Translations under genes and position numbers: made by a program
The notes under the pieces: generated by a model
What the model was told of the DNA's origin: nothing
The model's input: the letters and a program-made list of their open reading frames with translations, nothing else
The model's database searches: none
Origin: a virus
Direction: 5' to 3' (one strand)
IMG/VR virus record: IMGVR_UViG_3300032236_000679
Span: 59,006 to 123,005 of that record
Length of the DNA stretch: 64,000 bases
In this document: positions 8,520 to 17,091 of the stretch, piece by piece
How positions within the stretch are numbered: position 1 is the first letter of the stretch
Layout of the letters: every line of letters begins with the position of its first letter

Positions 8520-9374
8520 TTAAGTTTTGCCTACCAAACTTGTGGGATCAATATCAGCATGAACAATTTCCTTTGCCTTAATTGCATTTTCAGTCTGTCG
8601 AGTATAACTGGGATTCAAATTATTCATTTCTAAGATGTCATCACGAAGATGTTGATTACGCTTTTCTACATTTAAAACACGGGTAAAACTATTAGCCATC
8701 GTTGCAGTATAGTAAGCAAATGGATTATTTGATTTTGATTCATCAAACTGTAGTCCAACTTGACTTAACTGTAACAATGCTTGGCTACGCATTTCATCAT
8801 TATATGTGTATCCACGCCAGTTACCTTTACTTCCAAAACGCTCGCAAAGTTTCATAAACATCCTGGCAAGACTGTTAGTCATTGCTCCGTGATCTTTATT
8901 AAATGCACCATTGCTTAAACCACCTTCCCAGTGACTTTTTCCAACACAAATAAGTTCGTCATCATCGTTATAACGAAAATGTTGGAAAGGAGGGAAATTA
9001 ATTTTAGCGTGATGATCGCTTGCAGTTTTTGGAGTCTTCTTGCGACCCGGGGCCAAAGGAATATGGTCCCATGTCATAATACGAAATACAACTTCAGTTT
9101 TTTTAATCTTATGCCAATCTATCATATGATCATCAAGTTTTGTCTTAACACCCTGCAACTGAGATGCTTCCCATGCTTGCTTGGCTAAGAAAGTAGCACG
9201 AGCACGTTTTGCTTCTGCTACTGTTCGTTGATTAATTTTACTTAAACTTGGTAAAATAAGATCATAGTGATTGTCTTCAGGAGTTAAAAAACTACAGTAA
9301 GTATTCTTGCTCTTATGAATCTCTCTTAGTAGATCTTTGTTAGTAAGATAAGGAGTACGTTTTGTTACTGTCAT
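8520..9374 (-). CDS. gp55: Late-transcription sigma factor (T4 gp55-like)
   Basis: YLTNKDLL N-terminus and NWRGYTYNDEM...FDESKSNNPFAYYT...F.RVLNVEK C-terminal region; located beside gp47/gp46 as in T4-like phages. Confidence 0.8.
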   Translation of the reverse strand: MTVTKRTPYLTNKDLLREIHKSKNTYCSFLTPEDNHYDLILPSLSKINQRTVAEAKRARATFLAKQAWEASQLQGVKTKLDDHMIDWHKIKKTEVVFRIMTWDHIPLAPGRKKTPKTASDHHAKINFPPFQHFRYNDDDELICVGKSHWEGGLSNGAFNKDHGAMTNSLARMFMKLCERFGSKGNWRGYTYNDEMRSQALLQLSQVGLQFDESKSNNPFAYYTATMANSFTRVLNVEKRNQHLRDDILEMNNLNPSYTRQTENAIKAKEIVHADIDPTSLVGKT

Positions 9375-9405
9375 TGTATTATTATATAGCCATATTATAA
9401 TTTGG

Positions 9406-9415
9406 TAAATATTTA
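9406..9415. promoter_or_regulatory. Palindromic TAAATATTTA: late promoter core on both strands
   Basis: Lies between divergent gp55 and the baseplate operon, and overlaps the TTTACC -35 of a sigma70-like gp55 promoter (-10 TATAAT at 9381-9386). Confidence 0.55.
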
Positions 9416-9436
9416 TTATTCAAAAGAAGTAGAAAA

Positions 9437-10783
9437 ATGCCTACATTTAAACCACAAAAACCTAATTTTTATACTAGATCTTCGGCAAACTCAGGTGCTT
9501 CTGGATTATCTAGTACTAACTTAGAATTTTATGCCACTGGTTTATCTAACCCAGGCGGATTGGCAGCGGGCACATCATTAAACGCTGTTGGCGTAGGTGC
9601 TATCGGCACAACTCCCGACTCATTGACTCCAACTGGACAGTCTGGCATATTAGGTACTACAGGCGCTGCTGGTGCTGCTGGTACCGGCGCAGGCGCAGCA
9701 GCAGGTGGTGCAGGTACAGGCGTTGGCACTGGTGCAGTAGCGGGTGGCGCAGCAGGAACATCTGGTAGAACTGGGCCTAGTTCTTCAGCAATTTCTTTTG
9801 GTCCTACAATGGGATATAGATCAGGTGTCACTCAACTTGATCCTGGAGCAGCCACTCAAACTAAATTTACTGCTAAGTCTCCTGTAACAAATCCGTCAAC
9901 TGGCGGCCCAGCATCTGAGATTGCAAACGCAGTTAAGAGAGCAACTACTAAACCAGATGCTGCTTCAAATTACCAAAACTCTAATCCAGGATCAACTAGA
10001 ACAGCACTAACACATCCAGGATCAACATATAAAGGTCCTGTTGGTGGTAGTGCAACTGATCCTGCCAGTGCAAATTTTATTCCTAAGGGTGGTGTGTTTG
10101 ATCCTGGATTAAGCACCTTTGTGCCTAGTACTAGTCAATCGAATATTTCAAGTCCAGATGATGGAGTAGATGATAGAGTTATAATTGTAGATCAAACAGG
10201 GCTTTTTGTTAATGCAAGCACAGTATTTGATCAATTAAAACCAAATTCAGGAGTATTATTTCCGTATCCTCCAACAATATCAGTTGGACATAAAGCAAAT
10301 TATGATATGGAAAATCTACTGCATAGTAACTACACAACTCCTTACTATACACACAGTAGCGTAGACAGTATTAATATTCAAGGAAGATTTACAGCACAGA
10401 CCGAAGACGATGCAAAATATATCCTGTCAATGATTCATTTTTTTAGAACTGTGACTAAGATGTTTTATGCAGGAAAAGATAATAGAGGAACACCTCCGCC
10501 TGTACTGTATCTGGATGCTTATGGACAATATATGTTTGATCATATTCCAATTGTTGTTAAAGATTTTAACTATACGCTACCAAACGATGTTAACTATATG
10601 ACAGTTACTTTTATGGATAAGGTATGTAAAGTACCTGTTGATCTTAATATCACATTAGATACTATGCCGGTTTACAGTAGAAACAAAATTAGTAATAATT
10701 TTGATTTACAATCATTTGCCAAAGGTAGTTTGTTAACTGCTGGCACTACATCAAGTGGACCTAAGACAGGAGGATGGATCTAA
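9437..10783 (+). CDS. Baseplate tail-tube initiator/cap-like protein (gp48/gp54-like) with Gly/Ala/Thr-rich N-terminus
   Basis: C-terminal tube-fold motifs (GVLFPYPPTISV...GTPPPVLYLDAYG...IPIVVKDFNYTLP); first gene of the baseplate operon. Confidence 0.6.
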   Translation: MPTFKPQKPNFYTRSSANSGASGLSSTNLEFYATGLSNPGGLAAGTSLNAVGVGAIGTTPDSLTPTGQSGILGTTGAAGAAGTGAGAAAGGAGTGVGTGAVAGGAAGTSGRTGPSSSAISFGPTMGYRSGVTQLDPGAATQTKFTAKSPVTNPSTGGPASEIANAVKRATTKPDAASNYQNSNPGSTRTALTHPGSTYKGPVGGSATDPASANFIPKGGVFDPGLSTFVPSTSQSNISSPDDGVDDRVIIVDQTGLFVNASTVFDQLKPNSGVLFPYPPTISVGHKANYDMENLLHSNYTTPYYTHSSVDSINIQGRFTAQTEDDAKYILSMIHFFRTVTKMFYAGKDNRGTPPPVLYLDAYGQYMFDHIPIVVKDFNYTLPNDVNYMTVTFMDKVCKVPVDLNITLDTMPVYSRNKISNNFDLQSFAKGSLLTAGTTSSGPKTGGWI

Positions 10784-11094
10784 TGGCAATTAATACCAAG
10801 TATAATACCAATAGTCCCTACAGAGAAACTCCTTTCATTGAAGGTAAGTTTTTAGATATTTTAACTCCGCGAGAATTTCCTGCACAAGCAGATGATCTTT
10901 ATAAACAAATTGGTTCTCAATTTCAGTATAGACCTGATCTATTAAGTTGGTGGGTTTATGACACCACTGACTATTGGTGGGTTTTCATGATGAGAAATAG
11001 AGATGTTATAGTTGATCCAATTTGGGATTTCACTGCTGACAAATATATCTACATTCCTAAAAAAGATACGTTGACTAGAATATTGGCACTGTAA
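10783..11094 (+). CDS. Baseplate wedge protein, gp53/LysM-like
   Basis: YRPDLLS..VY...YWWVF..RN...DPIWDF pattern; start at the TAATG overlap (the track uses 10774). Confidence 0.7.
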   Translation: MAINTKYNTNSPYRETPFIEGKFLDILTPREFPAQADDLYKQIGSQFQYRPDLLSWWVYDTTDYWWVFMMRNRDVIVDPIWDFTADKYIYIPKKDTLTRILAL

Positions 11095-12975
11095 ATGGCA
11101 ACACCTACTGCAAAAGCAAGAACTAATGTATTACATGATTATGCAAATTACACTTACAATTTGCAATTGTGGTCAATTGGCAAAGATGACTTTAACAAAA
11201 TTGCGCAGGGAAGCATTGGTCCTGATTCTGCTGGAAGTATTATAAAAAACGGAAAATTATTAATATCTAACGGCGGGTTTAATGATGTTGACAAAAATAG
11301 TAGAAGTAGTGCATTTGGCAATGACATGGCCATTGACAATCTTGAAATTGAAACAGTAGTAGGAAATAAAGGTCCTCAGGCTCGCGGTACTGATGCTGTA
11401 AAATTTAAATTTGAAATAATTGAACCTTATAGCGTCACATTATTAGATAGATTATATGAACTTGCAAAAAGTCAAGCATTGGGTGCAGATTTTAAACAAC
11501 TTATCTATGTACTTAAAATACAATTTTTTGGATATGATGATTTAGGAAATCCCAAAGTTATAGATGCAACAAAATACTTTCCATTTACATTAACTAGTAT
11601 TCATTTTAGCGTAACACATAAAGGTGCGTTATATTCTTGTGAGGCAATACCTGTACAAAATCTTGCTTTGACGATCTTAGATAATCAAATTCCTATGCAT
11701 CTAGAATTGGTAGGTGAGAAGGTCAAAGATCTTTTTAATGCTAAAGAAATTGAACCAACAAAAGCATCAGGTAATGCCAGATCAGACACAACCCCTCAAC
11801 CTTCTAATCAAAATAATACAGTTGTCACTAAAGGACTTGCACAAGCATTAGCAGATAATGAAAAATTAAAAGTGGATAATGGTTCTCAAAAAATTGCAAA
11901 TGAATATTTGTTTGAATTTACAAAAGATCTTGCCAATGCAAGTATTCTTAATACAAAGACACCCAATGATCTAGCAAAAACTTACCCCAGTTCCAAAGGT
12001 GCTGAAGGTCAAAAAAATCTACAAGCAGGACAACAAGGAACACTTCAACAAGACACACAATATGGAACACTTAAGATTCAAGCAGGAACTAAGATCACTG
12101 ATTTGATAGGTCGTGTATTGACTCAAACTGATTTCATGCAGAATCAAGTTCAAAAAAATGCTCCTAAAGATAAACCTGTTATCATGTGGAAAATTATACC
12201 TAAAGTTGAAATATTAGGTTACGATGATTTGACAGCAACCACTGCACGTAGAACAACTTATACAGTTGTCTCTTATGAGCATTATGGTGAAGATCACCCT
12301 AACATGGGCCAAGCACCAATGAGCAATGCAACAGTTGTTAAAAATTATGAATACATTTATACTGGTAATAACAGGGATGTTATTAAAGCAGCAATTGATT
12401 TTAAGGCATCATTTTATGAACCTAGAAATGCAGTAAAAAGTACATATGTTGGGGAAAATCCCAATGATGTTCAAATAGAAGATAATAATAAGGATCTAAG
12501 AATAATTAAACCTGGCATCTTATTAACTAACGGTCTTGCAAATCAACAGAATAGCGGTGATTCTACTTCAACAGAACAAAGAACAGTTGTTGGTGAAATG
12601 ATGTCTAAGATGTTTGACAGTGTTGGAGATATGGTTACTTTAGATATTGAAATTGTAGGCGATCCTGATTGGTTACAACAAGATAATATATTATATTCTA
12701 CCAATGTTGATTCATCAACTAAAACATTAACTGATGGTACTATTAATTTTCAAAATAGTACAACTGCATTTTTGTTTAAATTTAAAACTCCTTATGCAAC
12801 AGACTATGATCCAGTAACTGGCATCTTTGGTTTAGGAAATGCAACAACATCAGTATTCAGTGGGTACTATCTTGTAACAAGAGTTGTAAGTAGTTTTAGA
12901 AAAGGACGGTTTACTCAAAAATTAGACAACTATAGAATTAGAATTCAAAACAGTTCCGAAACAGAGAATCAATAA
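11095..12975 (+). CDS. Baseplate hub protein (gp27 / phage late control D-like)
   Basis: Position between the gp53-like and gp5-like genes; C-terminal LDIEIVGDP...SGYYLVTRVVSSFRKGRFTQKL hub signature. Confidence 0.65.
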   Translation: MATPTAKARTNVLHDYANYTYNLQLWSIGKDDFNKIAQGSIGPDSAGSIIKNGKLLISNGGFNDVDKNSRSSAFGNDMAIDNLEIETVVGNKGPQARGTDAVKFKFEIIEPYSVTLLDRLYELAKSQALGADFKQLIYVLKIQFFGYDDLGNPKVIDATKYFPFTLTSIHFSVTHKGALYSCEAIPVQNLALTILDNQIPMHLELVGEKVKDLFNAKEIEPTKASGNARSDTTPQPSNQNNTVVTKGLAQALADNEKLKVDNGSQKIANEYLFEFTKDLANASILNTKTPNDLAKTYPSSKGAEGQKNLQAGQQGTLQQDTQYGTLKIQAGTKITDLIGRVLTQTDFMQNQVQKNAPKDKPVIMWKIIPKVEILGYDDLTATTARRTTYTVVSYEHYGEDHPNMGQAPMSNATVVKNYEYIYTGNNRDVIKAAIDFKASFYEPRNAVKSTYVGENPNDVQIEDNNKDLRIIKPGILLTNGLANQQNSGDSTSTEQRTVVGEMMSKMFDSVGDMVTLDIEIVGDPDWLQQDNILYSTNVDSSTKTLTDGTINFQNSTTAFLFKFKTPYATDYDPVTGIFGLGNATTSVFSGYYLVTRVVSSFRKGRFTQKLDNYRIRIQNSSETENQ

Positions 12976-13004
12976 GAATAATACCTGAAAGTTTGGAAAA
13001 TTAA

Positions 13005-14819
13005 ATGGAAATTAGTAATACACAAGGCAGCAAAGCACCGAAACATAGCAGACACGAAGATGCGGCTGGTATTAGAATTAATCCAGGTCCTTTCGTTGGT
13101 GTTGTAAAAAATAACATTGATAGTATGCGTTCAGGCAGATTGCAAGTTTACATTCCTGAATTAGGAGGAGATCCATTAAATGAATCCAGTTGGAGAACAG
13201 TGCATTACTGTACTCCATTCTATGGCCAAACAGATCCTGCACAGCGCGGAACAGGACAAGATTTTGGCAGCAGTCCACATTCATATGGCATGTGGTTTGT
13301 TCCACCTGATCTAGGTGTAAAAGTTTTATGCACATTCGTTAACGGTGACCCATTTAGAGGCTATTGGTTTGGATGTATTCCAGATTGGCCAAATTTACAC
13401 ATGGTTCCAGGTATTAGTAGTGGCATGTTTCATGGTGGTCCCCCAGATCCCTTAGTTGAATTCAATGATAATGATCCTGCAACTCATGATAATGAAGGCG
13501 AATTCTTTAAACGTGCTACAACGTCTCATGACTATCAGAAAAAAGTATATGAGAGACAAGGTATATTACAAGACCCTGTTAGAGGTCCTGGTATCAGTAG
13601 TGCATTCCGCGAAACTCCCAGCAGAGTATTTGGTATCAGTACACCTGGTCCTGACTTAGTATTGCCTGGTGGTGCCAACGATGAAGGATATGTGAACACA
13701 AGTCCTCCTGCTAGACAAGGCGGTCATCAGTTTATTATGGATGATGGCGATGTTAATGGCAACAGTCAGTTAATTAAACTACGCACTAGTAACGGCAACA
13801 TGCTGTTATTAAATGACAGTGCTGGCATTGTTTATTTGATTAACGCAGCAGGATCTGCGTGGTTTGAAATGGACGGCGCAGGCAATGTTAGAGTTTATAG
13901 TCAGGCAAAAGTTGAAATGCACGCCACTGCTGGTTTCGTATTTGAAACACCTGGCCCTATAAATTTAAATGGTTCAACTATTGATATTGCTGCCAGTGGT
14001 CCATTGAAACTCAAAGGTGCAACTGTTGATATTATGGGACTTGGTGGTGTAAAAGTTGGCGGCATGGGTGACATACATTTGTCAGGCAAGTCGGCATTTT
14101 TAAGTGGCTTGATGTGCGTAAGCATATCTGGTGGTCAGCATATTGATCAAAAAGCAGGTTGTATAACCTTAAACAGTAAAAAAGTTAAAAATGCAAGTCC
14201 TCCAGGTATGGCAATGGGGCAACCAGGGCCAACACATGAACCATATGGCGGTCATCAAAATGTAAAGACTAATAGTCCTGCAAGTAGCCCTAGTCAAGCA
14301 GCAGCAAATGGTTTACCTAGCGGTGCAGGCGCATCTGGTAGTTATGGTGCAGCAAGTAGTTTTGGCACAACAAAAGATGTTCCTTCTTATTATGGTGTAT
14401 TAACTAATGCAAGTGGCCCAATTAAGTTTAATCCTGGATTACAAGGCAGTTATGCAGGGCAGGGTGCAAACTTAGGCGATGCTGGAACATTAAATGTTTA
14501 TGATGAAAACGCTGCACTTTATACTAATGTTAACTTGCCTTTACCTGTGTCTAACTCAGGCTTTGCTGTTAATATTAGTGATCCAACTGCAACAACTAAC
14601 AAGAACCTAAAGCCAGGTGAAGCACTTAATAATCCTGGTGATCTCACTGATTTAAAAACTGATCCGTTTGCAATTGGTCAAGTTAATGGATTAAATTCTT
14701 ACAAAACACCCGAAGACGGCATTGCTGCATTAAGCACTTTACTTGATATAATTCAAAGTGATGGTGCAAGCACATTGTCAGACTTTATTAAAGAATATAT
14801 TGCAAGAAAAGGAGGATAA
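13005..14819 (+). CDS. Baseplate central spike (gp5/VgrG-like OB-fold plus beta-helix), ending in half of a lysozyme-like domain
   Basis: GVVKNNIDSMRSGRLQVYIPE...GMWFVPPDLG..V...F.NGD OB-fold; beta-repeat region; terminal NNPGD...TPEDGIAAL segment. Confidence 0.75.
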   Translation: MEISNTQGSKAPKHSRHEDAAGIRINPGPFVGVVKNNIDSMRSGRLQVYIPELGGDPLNESSWRTVHYCTPFYGQTDPAQRGTGQDFGSSPHSYGMWFVPPDLGVKVLCTFVNGDPFRGYWFGCIPDWPNLHMVPGISSGMFHGGPPDPLVEFNDNDPATHDNEGEFFKRATTSHDYQKKVYERQGILQDPVRGPGISSAFRETPSRVFGISTPGPDLVLPGGANDEGYVNTSPPARQGGHQFIMDDGDVNGNSQLIKLRTSNGNMLLLNDSAGIVYLINAAGSAWFEMDGAGNVRVYSQAKVEMHATAGFVFETPGPINLNGSTIDIAASGPLKLKGATVDIMGLGGVKVGGMGDIHLSGKSAFLSGLMCVSISGGQHIDQKAGCITLNSKKVKNASPPGMAMGQPGPTHEPYGGHQNVKTNSPASSPSQAAANGLPSGAGASGSYGAASSFGTTKDVPSYYGVLTNASGPIKFNPGLQGSYAGQGANLGDAGTLNVYDENAALYTNVNLPLPVSNSGFAVNISDPTATTNKNLKPGEALNNPGDLTDLKTDPFAIGQVNGLNSYKTPEDGIAALSTLLDIIQSDGASTLSDFIKEYIARKGG

Positions 14820-14821
14820 AA

Positions 14822-16597
14822 ATGGCTATTCCTTTAGATCCGCGAGCCCAAGCGTTCCTTACTAAAATGCAATCAGATTGGGGCATGGACCCTGGTCAAA
14901 CAATAGACATGAATGATCCAATGACTAAGTTAGTCATGACTATGGTAATTGCAAGTATTGAGCAAGGGCGAGATCTTTATAGTTACGATCAATATATTAA
15001 AGGCTGTGCAATGAGCGCAGGCATTGATCCTGATACATTTGATTCTGAAGTTAATCCAACTAGTTTAGCAATACAAAATAATACAACGGGAATATCAAAT
15101 TTCGTAAGTCCTTCATCATACACTATTAAACTAGGAGGTAGCAGTTTACCAACTATGCAACTTAGTCAGTATATACAATTGGGAATTCAAGGTTCCTTTA
15201 ACTATCTAAATTACAGTGGTGTAACACCTGGTACCAGTGTTTATGGTCCTGGAGGCGTTACTGGCGTTGTAGGTTCAACTACTCCCACCAGTCCCATCTA
15301 TGCAAATACTGATGGTAATTACAGTCCAATTTTGAATACCATTAAAACAGTTGAATCTGGTGGAGATTATTCTGCACAAAATCCTACATCGTCTGCATCA
15401 GGTGCTTACCAATTCATTGATAGTACTTGGCGTTCAGCAGCAAAAGAAGCAGGAGTTGACGTAAATCAATATCCTCGTGCATATATGGCTCCGCCAGAAG
15501 TACAGGATACAGTTGCAGCCAATCAAGTTCAAAAGATACTTGCGGCAAATGGTAATGATGTGACAAAAGTTCCTGTTGTTTGGTATACTGGTAATGCTCG
15601 CGGCGAGAATCCAAATGTAACTCCTGCGCAACTGGCAGCATATACTGGTAAATGGGGTAATGTTTATCAAACAAAAGCAGGCGATAGCCCAGTTACAACA
15701 ACTAATCCAGATGGGCTTCCAGCAGGTGATTATAAAGTAAGTCCAACTATTGTTGATGAAAACGGCTATGATTACAGAGTTCTAAAAGCAGCAGATGGCA
15801 CGGAATATAGAAAATATAATGACGGTTCAGTTTATGATTCTAGCGGAGACAAGTTAATTAAGCCACCTAATGGCATTGACCCTAGTTTTACACAAGTAGA
15901 AGTTACACAGGATGCAAACGGTAAGGATGTGTTTACTTACAGTAAAGAAGGTAGTAATCTAACTTATAAACAAACTGAAGATGGTAATGTTGTTAGAAGT
16001 GACGGCCAACCAGTAACAACAGCAGGTAGTACTGTTGCAGTTGCAGGTACTAGACCAGCATCAGTACAAGCACAAATTGAAGCAAATGCTGCTCAACTTG
16101 AACAAGCAAAGCAAACTCTTAATGATGCCAATGCAAATCTTAATACAACACTAGACAACTATGAAGGCATTATTAAACCTGCTGATATACCAGATGGTTG
16201 GGAACGAACCGTTGAAAAACAAGATGGCGTAACTTATGCTACTTGGCATGATCCTCAAAATCCAGATGCTGCTTATAAATCTGTTGCATTGGATGGGCCT
16301 GATAAAGGAACAATTTATGCTCCTAATCCAACAGGTGGCGATGATGTTGTTACAGGTAAACTTACTGCGGGTGATGGCAGTTTAATGACAGTAACACAAA
16401 ATGATCTTAATCAAGCACTTAGTGAAACTGGTAATGCTGCAAAACTTCAAATTTCAGCAGACGAGCAAGCAACAAAATTAGATAATAATGGATTGGGAGC
16501 ACCAGTTGAAGTTGGCGCTGCTGGAGGCGGTGGTGGCGGTGCAGGAGCAGCACCAGCAGCAGCATCAACTGCTGCCAGCATGTTAGGCGGATGTTAA
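14822..16597 (+). CDS. Virion peptidoglycan hydrolase (lytic transglycosylase/Rpf-like domain)
   Basis: TIKTVESGGDYSAQNPTSSASGAYQFIDSTW...APPEVQD motif; GGAGG RBS; its N-terminus completes the lysozyme-like domain begun in the previous ORF. Confidence 0.7.
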   Translation: MAIPLDPRAQAFLTKMQSDWGMDPGQTIDMNDPMTKLVMTMVIASIEQGRDLYSYDQYIKGCAMSAGIDPDTFDSEVNPTSLAIQNNTTGISNFVSPSSYTIKLGGSSLPTMQLSQYIQLGIQGSFNYLNYSGVTPGTSVYGPGGVTGVVGSTTPTSPIYANTDGNYSPILNTIKTVESGGDYSAQNPTSSASGAYQFIDSTWRSAAKEAGVDVNQYPRAYMAPPEVQDTVAANQVQKILAANGNDVTKVPVVWYTGNARGENPNVTPAQLAAYTGKWGNVYQTKAGDSPVTTTNPDGLPAGDYKVSPTIVDENGYDYRVLKAADGTEYRKYNDGSVYDSSGDKLIKPPNGIDPSFTQVEVTQDANGKDVFTYSKEGSNLTYKQTEDGNVVRSDGQPVTTAGSTVAVAGTRPASVQAQIEANAAQLEQAKQTLNDANANLNTTLDNYEGIIKPADIPDGWERTVEKQDGVTYATWHDPQNPDAAYKSVALDGPDKGTIYAPNPTGGDDVVTGKLTAGDGSLMTVTQNDLNQALSETGNAAKLQISADEQATKLDNNGLGAPVEVGAAGGGGGGAGAAPAAASTAASMLGGC

Positions 16598-16600
16598 ATA
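16595..16600 (+). promoter_or_regulatory. Late promoter core TAAATA
   Basis: 4 nt before the gp25 ATG. Confidence 0.5.
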
Positions 16601-16604
16601 TAGT

Positions 16605-17042
16605 ATGACGTTATACAAGGGTTTCAGCACCAAACAATTTTTAAATCAAGACCCCAATACAATCGTTGGACTGGGTGAAAATTTCTTTGGACCTTATTCA
16701 GTTACTGATAAAAATTTGATAATAACAGATCTGCTGAATCATTTTCACATTAGAAAAGGTGAAAAATTAATGAACCCCGACTTTGGATGTTTAGTTTGGG
16801 ACAAGTTATTCGATCCACTGACTACAACATTAAAAAACGAAATTGTCAATAATGTAAGTGAAATTATTGCACAGGATCCTCGCATCTCATTGATAGACTC
16901 AATTACTGTTACCGAATCTCCCAAAGGGCAGGGACTTTATCTAAGTATACAAATTGTTCTTAAATCAACTAATGAATTAGTAAGTTTAAATTTAGGTTTC
17001 GACGGCACAACTGGTCAATTGAATAGCACAGTCTCTTATTAA
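16605..17042 (+). CDS. gp25: Baseplate wedge subunit (gp25-like)
   Basis: DLLNHFHIRKGEKLMNPDFGC...LFDPL...IIAQDPRI GPW/gp25 motif. Confidence 0.85.
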   Translation: MTLYKGFSTKQFLNQDPNTIVGLGENFFGPYSVTDKNLIITDLLNHFHIRKGEKLMNPDFGCLVWDKLFDPLTTTLKNEIVNNVSEIIAQDPRISLIDSITVTESPKGQGLYLSIQIVLKSTNELVSLNLGFDGTTGQLNSTVSY

Positions 17043-17062
17043 AATACGCATATTATAATGCA

Positions 17063-17070
17063 TATAAATA
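17063..17070 (+). promoter_or_regulatory. Late promoter TATAAATA
   Basis: Perfect T4 late consensus 21 nt before the gp6 ATG. Confidence 0.75.
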
Positions 17071-17091
17071 ATGTTAGAGGTTTAGATTACA

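Noticed and set aside
14817-14822. Spike/lysozyme junction as a programmed frameshift or readthrough
   Set aside because: The stop is TAA, a strong GGAGG RBS and ATG follow, and there is no clear in-phase slippery heptamer, so independent initiation is the simpler reading.
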